A DNA stretch of 33,964 bases from positions 1-33,964 of the forward strand of contig JAIRTV010000244.1 in assembly GCA_031254675.1 (NCBI GenBank), given 5' to 3'. The position numbers and the translations under genes are program-made. Source of the stretch: Planctomycetaceae bacterium. GTDB taxonomy: Bacteria; Planctomycetota; Planctomycetia; Pirellulales; Thermoguttaceae. The notes beneath the pieces are model-generated. The model worked only from the letters and a program-made list of their open reading frames with translations, did no database searches and was not told the DNA's origin. Of the stretch, positions 8,494-15,886 are shown piece by piece (position 1 is the stretch's first letter; each line of letters begins with the position of its first letter).

Positions 8494-9456
8494 TTAACGT
8501 ACCACCTGCGAGGAGCAAGAAATTTTGTGATGGAGTAGGAATTCTTGTACTTCCGCCATTGTTGGCAATGACGGTTGTGCTCCCATTCGCGTAACACTCA
8601 ACGCGGACACGGCTGTTGCAAGTTCAATCGTTTCCGGCAATGTTTTGCCCGATGCAAGCCCAAACGCTTGAGCTCCGCTAAAAGCATCTCCCGCTGCCGT
8701 CGTGTCCACCGCCTCAACCCGATACGAAGGAAAATGACAAAACGCACCCGATTTTTCAACTAGCAAAACTCCGCCTTGCCCCAAAGTGATCAAAACTCCA
8801 CGAACACCAGCTCCGCGTAACTGTTCGGCGGCGGCGTGAGCGGATTCGATGTTGTCGATCTGAATTCCTGTAAGGCGTTCCGCTTCGTGTTTGTTCGGTT
8901 TGATGTAGGTAATGTCACGGAGAATTTCAACCGGCAAAGGTGTTACCGGAGCAGGAGCCGGATCAAGAATAAGCGGCACCGCGTGTTTTTTCGCCAATCG
9001 TGTTGCGCAGGCAAGAACATCAAGCGACGTTTCCAACTGCGTAACAATTACATCCGCATTGGCAATTGTTGCTTCCACGCTTTCGATATCTGCCGGAGAC
9101 AAATACTCATTCGCCCCCGACGCAACAGAAATCATGTTCTCGCCCTTCGCATCAACCAGAATCAGAGCCACACCGGTTGCGTGTTGCGCGTCACGGAAAA
9201 TAAAACCCGTATCAATACCTTCCTTTTGATAACCGGCAACCGCTTGATCGCCAAACATGTCAGTACCAACTTTCGCAACAAATGTTACGCACGCCCCCAA
9301 ACGCGCCGCCGCAACCGCTTGGTTTGCCCCTTTTCCGCCCGGCGCCAAAAGGAATGTCCCGCCAATAACGGTTTCCCCAGGCAACGGAATACGTTCCGAT
9401 TTGACAACCATATCCGTGTTGGAACTGCCAATAACAATAACTTTGCCTTTTTTCAT
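8494..9456 (-). CDS. rbsK: Ribokinase (PfkB family)
   Basis: Colinear with E. coli RbsK: VIGSSNTDMV, PGETV.G, APGGKGANQAVAAARLG, TGVALI, PNKHEAERLTG, DTTAAGDAFSGA and TRMGAQPSLP. Confidence 0.88.
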   Translation of the reverse strand: MKKGKVIVIGSSNTDMVVKSERIPLPGETVIGGTFLLAPGGKGANQAVAAARLGACVTFVAKVGTDMFGDQAVAGYQKEGIDTGFIFRDAQHATGVALILVDAKGENMISVASGANEYLSPADIESVEATIANADVIVTQLETSLDVLACATRLAKKHAVPLILDPAPAPVTPLPVEILRDITYIKPNKHEAERLTGIQIDNIESAHAAAEQLRGAGVRGVLITLGQGGVLLVEKSGAFCHFPSYRVEAVDTTAAGDAFSGAQAFGLASGKTLPETIELATAVSALSVTRMGAQPSLPTMAEVQEFLLHHKISCSSQVVR

Positions 9457-9511
9457 AATATTTAATATTTTATAAACGCCGGTGGTGTTGAAAGTTGAAA
9501 CGAGATGTTAC

Positions 9512-10564
9512 TTACAGTTTTGCCAGAATAAGCAACGTGAGTCCGACAATAAAAAATAAAAACATTGCCGCAAGTAATTTGTTTGCTGATTTTGGGGCGT
9601 TTCGGAATTCTCGCCAAATGAAAACGCCCCAGATTGCGGAAACGAGCGTGGCGCCTTGCCCCAATCCGTAAGCAACCGCTTTCGAAGCAACATTCGCGGC
9701 TAACACGTTCAACGTCATGCCGATTGCCCAGATTCCACCACCAACAAGACCCCAAATGTGATCGCGAAAAGTTCCCTTGAAATAATCCGTCAACGGAACC
9801 GGCGTACCGACAAAAGGTTTGACCATGACAATCGTGTTCACGATGAAATTGCTCAAAAGAATTCCGATTGTGAAAATGAAATTGGCGGTGTACGGTGTGA
9901 GTTTTCCTGTTTCGAGAGTTCCGTTTGCCAGGTTCGCAGCCGTAACCGAAAGGAGTTCGCCGCCGTTTTCCGGAACGACTTTTGCTAGGGAATTACCCAC
10001 GAAAAAATAGAAGAGCGACATAAGAACACCGCAAACAACCGCAAGAACAAGCCCTTTCGTGGAAACGCCAGCTTGTTGGTTGGGTAATTGCCGATAGGCT
10101 ATGGCGTTTAGAATAACAGCTCCCGTAACCAACCCCACACCAATAAACAGCAACACCGCATTGCCATCCGCCGGATCGGCAACGAAGTTGATCAAAACGC
10201 CGAGAACCAACGCCAAACCAATCCCCACAGGAAAAGCGACAGACATACCGGCAATAGCAATAGCCGCAACCAAAAGGATATTCGCAATGTTAAAAACCAC
10301 ACCGCCCAAAAACGCCGAAACCAACGATCCGGCTTGAGCTTGAGAAAGATCGTCGAAAAAACCGCGACCAAGACCGCCATTGTTGCCCATGGTGATTGCA
10401 AAGAGCAAACCCGTCAGCACAACACCAAACACGTAATCCCAATAAAATAATTCGTAACGCCAAGTCTTACCGGCTAACTTCTGCGTGTTCGCCCAAGAAC
10501 CCCAGCAAACCATCGTTACGAAACAAAATAATACGGCAATCAAATAATTTTCAACGAGAAACAT
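9512..10564 (-). CDS. DMT-superfamily sugar:H+ transporter (GRP/RhaT-like)
   Basis: 350 aa with about 10 predicted TM helices. KGLVLAVVCGVLMSLFYF and GMSVAFPVGIGLALVLGVL resemble the RhaT/GRP sugar porter signatures. It sits 55 nt upstream of rbsK on the same strand. Confidence 0.7.
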   Translation of the reverse strand: MFLVENYLIAVLFCFVTMVCWGSWANTQKLAGKTWRYELFYWDYVFGVVLTGLLFAITMGNNGGLGRGFFDDLSQAQAGSLVSAFLGGVVFNIANILLVAAIAIAGMSVAFPVGIGLALVLGVLINFVADPADGNAVLLFIGVGLVTGAVILNAIAYRQLPNQQAGVSTKGLVLAVVCGVLMSLFYFFVGNSLAKVVPENGGELLSVTAANLANGTLETGKLTPYTANFIFTIGILLSNFIVNTIVMVKPFVGTPVPLTDYFKGTFRDHIWGLVGGGIWAIGMTLNVLAANVASKAVAYGLGQGATLVSAIWGVFIWREFRNAPKSANKLLAAMFLFFIVGLTLLILAKL

Positions 10565-10621
10565 AAAACCTCCTACGCTAAATTTTTTAACAAGACTGAA
10601 ATGACCAAACGGACGGATTGG

Positions 10622-12307
10622 TTATTTGCTTTCGATTTCGATTGACGCCCAATAACCTGCTTCCCAAGCCCAACCATTTGGAGCGTTGTCTAATTCAATT
10701 GCAATTGTTTTACCGGCGTAAGGCGTCAAGTTGATTTCAATAGTTGCCCAACCGTTGTCGCCAACATTGTCTTTTGAGATTGAACGTCTTCCGATCTCCT
10801 TGCCGTCAACACGAATAACCCAATCCCAATCGCCGCCGTCATGATGCGAAACCACACAACGAAACCACGTTTTTTTTCCTTCGGGAATCGCCACGCTCCG
10901 CGAAAAGGTACAGGCAACACCTTGCTCTTTTGGGTGAGTCATTACCACGTTTTTCTTGCCGCGATATTCGGCGCGGAAACCGGGATTCATGTCCGCTCCG
11001 CAATTGGTCAACTTCCAACCGGAGAGAAACTGATCAACTGCTTCCTTGATTGAATATTCCTTGAAACGGATTTTCGCCTTCTCCTCGTCGGTAAACTTCA
11101 CGTCCGCCGGCGGTTCGGGACGCCAAGAAGGTTTGTAAGATTGCGGTTTCGGAGTTTTTACCGGAATAACAAACACTTCCTCGTTGTTATTGTTCTTTTC
11201 GACTCTGCCTCCGTTTCGAATCACAGCTTGCCGAGTCAGTTTTTCGCATACGTCAAGCAACATCGGAACATTGTAGGCGGTGTACCTGAATTTTTGCGTT
11301 TCGTCCAACTTTTCGGTGAAACGTTGCGGCAACTTCGAGAAACCGCGCGTAGCGAACAGGATTCCGGCAGCGTTTGAAGGATTGCAATCCGAATCTTGAC
11401 CGCAACGAGTCGAAATAATAATCGTTTGATCAAGATCGCCTTTTCCATACAACAAACCAACCAAAATATAAGCACCATTGATTTTGGCGTCAATATTGAA
11501 TGCGCCGGAATGACAACTGAAACGGCGATAATCCTTATTCTTTTGATATTTTGCTTCAATCTTTGTCCAGGTTGTTTCCCAGTTGTTGGGATTTTCTTCG
11601 TACCATTTCAAAAGATCGCATACCATTTCGGCGTATTGCGAATCTTGTGGAATGCAAGCCAGCCCCGCTCGAATGATTTTGATCAAATCCGTTTCGAAAT
11701 AGGCTTCCGCGTACATGCCGCCGACGAATTGACCGGCGTGGAGACCGTCACCATAATTCATTAAGCGTCCGAATTTGTTGCCCAATTCGATGACCATTTC
11801 GGGCATTCCGGGAGCGATAATCCCTGAAAAGTCGGCTTCAATCTGATAATCAATATCGTCGGCGCATTGATTGAAAGCCGGATGGCTGCTGTCTGGCGGA
11901 GCAATTCCGCGTCTAAGATTGCGGCGTCCTTCGACATTGGCATGCCAGAGATTGTATTCGCTGTTGGCAAAATCAATACCCGCTTGACGTTGAGAAACAC
12001 CGAATCCGTGTTCTTCCATTGTTCGAAGAAACGTCATTTCGACGTAAAGATCGTCTTGCCCAAAAGCGTTGTTGATCATTTCCGGTTTCCAGACCGGCAT
12101 CTCGTTTTCGGGAATGGTTCGTTCGCAATATTTGAATTCAGTCGGGGCTCCCCAGCAGACTCCGGCAATTTGCCCAATCCAAGCCGCTTTCATTTTGTCC
12201 CGATAGTCGGCAACAGAAAGTCGTCGAAATTCCTGTTGGGCGGAAACAACATCGACGAACAGACAAAATAAAGAAAAAAACAATATCAAATTCAGATTTT
12301 TTTTCAT
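10622..12307 (-). CDS. Secreted ADP-ribosylglycohydrolase-fold protein with a C-terminal beta-sandwich (CBM-like) extension
   Basis: The start is set at MKKNLNLILFFSLFCLFVDVVSA|QQ (signal peptide), with an AAGGAG RBS (plus-strand ctcctt at 12315-12320). ARH-family acidic motifs are present: GAPTEF, GQDDLYVEMTF and GQDSDCNPSNAAGILFA. About 170 extra C-terminal residues (..WFRCVVSHHDGGDWDWVIRVDGKEIG..) look like a binding module. Confidence 0.8.
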   Translation of the reverse strand: MKKNLNLILFFSLFCLFVDVVSAQQEFRRLSVADYRDKMKAAWIGQIAGVCWGAPTEFKYCERTIPENEMPVWKPEMINNAFGQDDLYVEMTFLRTMEEHGFGVSQRQAGIDFANSEYNLWHANVEGRRNLRRGIAPPDSSHPAFNQCADDIDYQIEADFSGIIAPGMPEMVIELGNKFGRLMNYGDGLHAGQFVGGMYAEAYFETDLIKIIRAGLACIPQDSQYAEMVCDLLKWYEENPNNWETTWTKIEAKYQKNKDYRRFSCHSGAFNIDAKINGAYILVGLLYGKGDLDQTIIISTRCGQDSDCNPSNAAGILFATRGFSKLPQRFTEKLDETQKFRYTAYNVPMLLDVCEKLTRQAVIRNGGRVEKNNNNEEVFVIPVKTPKPQSYKPSWRPEPPADVKFTDEEKAKIRFKEYSIKEAVDQFLSGWKLTNCGADMNPGFRAEYRGKKNVVMTHPKEQGVACTFSRSVAIPEGKKTWFRCVVSHHDGGDWDWVIRVDGKEIGRRSISKDNVGDNGWATIEINLTPYAGKTIAIELDNAPNGWAWEAGYWASIEIESK

Positions 12308-12454
12308 ACAAATTCTCCTTGAGTACGCATTGCCAAATTTTATACACATTTTATTCACAGGTCATCAATGTTCGTGGGGAATCAATAACATTGATTTTCT
12401 TGGCTCATTATAGAAACGACAATTTTTGATGTCAAGAATAATTGGAGAGAAAAC

Positions 12455-12484
12455 TTGACATTTTCAGAAAAACCTGTATATACA
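12455..12484 (+). promoter_or_regulatory. Putative promoter with an overlapping GntR-type palindromic operator
   Basis: TTGACA (12455-12460), a 16-nt spacer, then TATATA (12477-12482). The -10 is embedded in the perfect 10-bp palindrome TGTATATACA (12475-12484), which fits the GT-N-AC pattern of GntR-family operators. Confidence 0.35.
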
Positions 12485-12547
12485 TTAAGGCATGCTTACT
12501 TCACGTTGATATCCTAATAAACTACATTGATTTAATCGGACATTTCT

Positions 12548-13690
12548 ATGAAAAACAGAGACGAACAAAACGATAAAAGACCTTTACATCGGAGTATTTT
12601 CGAATACGTTCAAAATTTGATTCTTTCCGGCGAGTGCCATCACAAACAGAAATTGCCTACCGATCATCAATTGATGCGCCGTTTCAACGTTTCACGAGCA
12701 ACAGTTGCAAAAGCGATGCGTGATTTGGAAAATCAAGGGATTATCGAACGTCGTCCGGGAGTTGGCTCTTTTATCAAACCCTTGGCTGCTTCGCAAAGCG
12801 TTTTATTGGCGGTTGTTATTGCCGGATTGGGAGACACGGAGTTTTACGAACCGATTTGCGCTTCAATTGCACAGTCATGTTATAAACGCAATTACGGATT
12901 GTTGTGGGGCGCGTCAGCGGGAATCCATTCGCGAGAGATGACATTGCCTTCCTGTAATGACTATGCACATCGATTGCTTGCGCAACGGGTTTCCGGAATA
13001 TTCTATGCGCCGGACGAAATACCGGAAAACTGGAACGGAGATGATCCAAACGAAATGTTTTTGGACGCGATTCACCGAGCAGGCATCAAGATTGTTCTGC
13101 TTGATCGGGATTACGTTCCCTTTACAAAAAAAGGTTTGTACGATGTGGTGGGCATAGATAATTTTCAAGCCGGATTCGATCAAACGCATCATTTGATTCG
13201 GTGCGAATGTAAACGAATTTTTTATGTAGCCCGACCGGGTATTACCTCAACAAAGTCAGCTCGAATTGCCGGTTATCGGTACGCCTTGTCACAAGCCGGA
13301 CAGTCGGCGTCGGAAGACCGAATTTGTGTTGGCGATGTGTACGATTCCGTTTTTGTCGATAAGATTTTAAAGCACAAACCTGATGGAATTGTCTGCTTTC
13401 ACGACCCGATTGCAGCCGCATTGATTCAAGCTCTCTTGTTGAAAAAAATCCGTGTTCCCGAAGAAATCAAGATCATCGGGTTGGATGACGTCAAGTATTC
13501 GCAGTTAATCCAAGTTCCACTCAGTACCATTCATCAACCTTGTCGGGAAATCGGAGCACAAGCCTTAAATCTCATGGAAGAAAGGATTAACAATAGTCCG
13601 TTGCCTCCGCGACATGTTCATTTGCCGACACAACTGATCGTGCGAAACTCAACCGGTTCTGATGCGAACAATGTGAAGGAAGTTTCCTGA
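12548..13690 (+). CDS. Transcriptional regulator: GntR-type winged HTH fused to a LacI/PBP1-type sugar-binding domain (AraR-like architecture)
   Basis: The N-terminus, LPTDHQLMRRFNVSRATVAKAMRDLENQGIIERRPGVGSFI, is a GntR wHTH. The C-terminal roughly 290 aa (GIFYAP..., KIVLLDRD, IVCFHDPIAAALIQAL, EEIKIIGLDDV, LSTIHQP) is a periplasmic-binding-protein-like I fold. The gene is divergent from the ARH/transporter/rbsK operon. Confidence 0.85.
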   Translation: MKNRDEQNDKRPLHRSIFEYVQNLILSGECHHKQKLPTDHQLMRRFNVSRATVAKAMRDLENQGIIERRPGVGSFIKPLAASQSVLLAVVIAGLGDTEFYEPICASIAQSCYKRNYGLLWGASAGIHSREMTLPSCNDYAHRLLAQRVSGIFYAPDEIPENWNGDDPNEMFLDAIHRAGIKIVLLDRDYVPFTKKGLYDVVGIDNFQAGFDQTHHLIRCECKRIFYVARPGITSTKSARIAGYRYALSQAGQSASEDRICVGDVYDSVFVDKILKHKPDGIVCFHDPIAAALIQALLLKKIRVPEEIKIIGLDDVKYSQLIQVPLSTIHQPCREIGAQALNLMEERINNSPLPPRHVHLPTQLIVRNSTGSDANNVKEVS

Positions 13691-13709
13691 TGTTCTGCCG
13701 TGAGGTTTG

Positions 13710-14420
13710 TTATTTTCCTTGTAAGATTGTTGAGATACGGTTTTCGAGGTCTTTTTGTTGTGGATTTGACTGGAATGAACGTTGATAATCCGCGATTGCT
13801 CCTTGCCAATCGCCGTTCTGCTCTTTCAAATATCCCAACGCACGAAGTGCGCGGTAATTCGCCGGTTCCGTCACCAAAACCGATTGCAACATTTTAGATG
13901 CCGAATCCAGACATTCTTTGGCAATATCCGTTCGGTTTTGTAATTGACAGATTTGCGCGTATTCCTGATAAAGTCTTGCCAATTCAATTTTGGGTTCGGC
14001 GGAAGTGACATTGGTATTGTACCAATCAATTAACAATTTGAAAGCTGCATCGGCGTTTTGTGTTTCCATGTAAAGCACCGCCAAACCGCGATGGGCTTCG
14101 GTGTGATTTGGGTTGTAAGTGAGAGCAAGTTGGTAATGTCGAAGAGCTTGATCGTATTGTAATTGGGCATCCGCTGATTGACCGGATTGCAGCGAAATTT
14201 TTCCTGATTGATGATAAGTTGTTGCGAGATTGTAGTACGTATCCGCATTGTTCGGTTCCACTTTCAATGCCGCTTCAAATGCTGTTTTGGCTTCGTTGTA
14301 CCGCGATTGCCCAAGATAACGCAAGCCTTCGGAATTTTTGTTGTACGACGTACAGCCAACAACTCCTGAAAACCAAAACAAAAAGAAAACCAAAACAAAA
14401 AGAAAACATTGCTGTCTCAT
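13710..14420 (-). CDS. TPR-repeat lipoprotein
   Basis: Signal peptide plus lipobox (FWFSGVVG|C), then at least four TPR units (..AKTAFEAALKVEPNNADTYYNLATTY.., ..ALRHYQLALTYNPNHTEAHRGLAVLY..). Confidence 0.8.
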   Translation of the reverse strand: MRQQCFLFVLVFFLFWFSGVVGCTSYNKNSEGLRYLGQSRYNEAKTAFEAALKVEPNNADTYYNLATTYHQSGKISLQSGQSADAQLQYDQALRHYQLALTYNPNHTEAHRGLAVLYMETQNADAAFKLLIDWYNTNVTSAEPKIELARLYQEYAQICQLQNRTDIAKECLDSASKMLQSVLVTEPANYRALRALGYLKEQNGDWQGAIADYQRSFQSNPQQKDLENRISTILQGK

Positions 14421-14624
14421 ACGTATCTCTCCAATATTATTTCCTTGTGTTCACTGGCTAGCGTGCGAATCCAAACCAACAAAGCAAACAACCTTTCAGC
14501 AGATAATACCAATTGTTTGCCAACAACGGAAGAGCAATCGTGTTAGATAATTAAACCTTTTTTCCAATCCTTCCCTGAGACAGGGTCAACTCTTTTCAGG
14601 TGAGCAATCTTTGTTTTGGTAAAA

Positions 14625-14745
14625 GGTCGCCTACTACAAGGGGCAATGTCGGCTATCGCCGACAGCAACCTTTCGGCGAAAGGTTGCCTACCTTTGAGAA
14701 AGCATCACCTACCACCTTTGAGAGAACATCACCTACCTTCGAGGC
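14625..14745. repeat. Modular nested-palindrome intergenic repeat, copy C
   Basis: GTCGGC-TATC-GCCGAC (14648-14663). AACCTTT-CGGCG-AAAGGTT (14667-14685, 7-bp stem). Then two tandem units of about 23 bp, CCTTTGAGA(A/G)A(G/A)CATCACCTACC (14691-14736). These share modules with copies A and D. Confidence 0.8.
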
Positions 14746-14749
14746 AACT

Positions 14750-15739
14750 TCACAGAATACCAATTCGGATATTTCTAAACAAAATATCGGTTTCAGGATC
14801 ATGTCCTTGAAATTGAATTGTTCCGGATTCGGTTCGTCGTCCTTGTCTTGGGTTGGGGTCAGGGTCACGCTCGTCAACCCAATCCGCCGTCTGAATACCA
14901 TTAACCCATGTCGAGATTTGCACTCCTCGCACAAAAATTGTAAGATAATTCCATTGCCCGTCTTTGGGATTGACATTGCGCCCAACTTGACGCCGGAAAA
15001 TTCCACCCGTGTCTGTTCCAATAAACTTTTTGTAATCTTCGTCAGGAGGATTGTTGAAAATCTGACATTCATAACCATTCATCAATTCTCCTGGTATGCA
15101 ACGAAAAAAAACACCGGAATTAACTGGTTTATCGGTTTTATATTCCAGTTGCAAAATAAAATCGTTGTATCGACCTTCCGATTCAATTGAACCGGAACCG
15201 CCCGTCAATCGAATCGCACCGTCTTCAACTTTGGCATTGGCTTTCGGTTTGACCGTCCAACCCTTCAACGTTTTACCATCAAACATCGGTTGCATTTTCT
15301 GAAACTGGATTTTAATATCACGAAATTGTCCCGAATCCAGCGTAATGTCCGGTATTCCTGCACGGTTTGACTGATTGGTCGTCATACTCAGCGTAAACGG
15401 CGCCCAATTCCCTTGAGCATTGGCAGGACGACGCTCGCCGGTAAGAATACTGTTACCGAACCGACTCGTACAACGAATCACGCCATTCTGATTGGGATCG
15501 CTCACCAACAAACCATTGCGTACAGAATAGTTGCCCGCAAGCGGACGCCAACCATAAAGCGAAACCCCATCAAAAAGACGAATCCAACCGGCTTGCAATT
15601 CCGCTTCCGTAAGCGGAGAAAAACCAACCAACAACGGCGGCTTCACTCCAGAATTGGTTTCCGCCCCAAATAACGAAAACGGCAACATCATTGTTGCGAA
15701 CAAAATAAATATAACCAAAAAATGTCGTAAAATTGGCAT
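14750..15739 (-). CDS. Secreted DUF1080 (3-keto-disaccharide hydrolase-like) protein, two tandem domains
   Basis: Signal peptide MPILRHFLVIFILFATMMLPFSLFGA. Two W..LFDG..L.GW modules are present (GWIRLFDGVSLYGWRP and MFDGKTLKGWTV). The end is the DUF1080-typical GTIQFQGHDPETDILFRNIRI. Confidence 0.8.
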   Translation of the reverse strand: MPILRHFLVIFILFATMMLPFSLFGAETNSGVKPPLLVGFSPLTEAELQAGWIRLFDGVSLYGWRPLAGNYSVRNGLLVSDPNQNGVIRCTSRFGNSILTGERRPANAQGNWAPFTLSMTTNQSNRAGIPDITLDSGQFRDIKIQFQKMQPMFDGKTLKGWTVKPKANAKVEDGAIRLTGGSGSIESEGRYNDFILQLEYKTDKPVNSGVFFRCIPGELMNGYECQIFNNPPDEDYKKFIGTDTGGIFRRQVGRNVNPKDGQWNYLTIFVRGVQISTWVNGIQTADWVDERDPDPNPRQGRRTESGTIQFQGHDPETDILFRNIRIGIL

Positions 15740-15744
15740 CGGTA

Positions 15745-15855
15745 AATAGGGTAAGTTAAAGGTGCGAATTAACAGTGTAAGCTAAGTGCAAGCCAACAGT
15801 GTGAGTTAAAAGGTTGTAATTTAAACAGTATGAGTTCCACTGTCAACGTGTCAAC
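15745..15855. repeat. Degenerate direct repeats between the secretin stop and the DUF1080 gene start
   Basis: There are four copies of A(A/T)(C/A)(A/G)G(T/G)(G/A)T(A/G)AG(C/T)TAA-like units. They begin near 15745, 15771 (AACAGTGTAAGCTAA), 15795 (AACAGTGTGAGTTAA) and 15824 (AACAGTATGAGTT). GTCAAC-GT-GTCAAC follows at 15842-15855. Confidence 0.5.
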
Positions 15856-15886
15856 AAAATAGATGTTGGAGTTTATTGTTTAACGG

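Noticed and set aside
8836-9465. 209-aa plus-strand ORF antisense to rbsK, with similar antisense ORFs at 16940-17500, 18206-18754, 20552-21005 and 23369-24031
   Set aside because: All lie entirely within strongly supported genes on the opposite strand. They have R/N/F-rich compositions typical of antisense frames, and none has recognisable motifs.
14600-15190. 196-aa plus-strand ORF
   Set aside because: It begins inside repeat copy C. It then runs antisense to the well-supported DUF1080 gene, and its composition is low-complexity. It is a shadow ORF.
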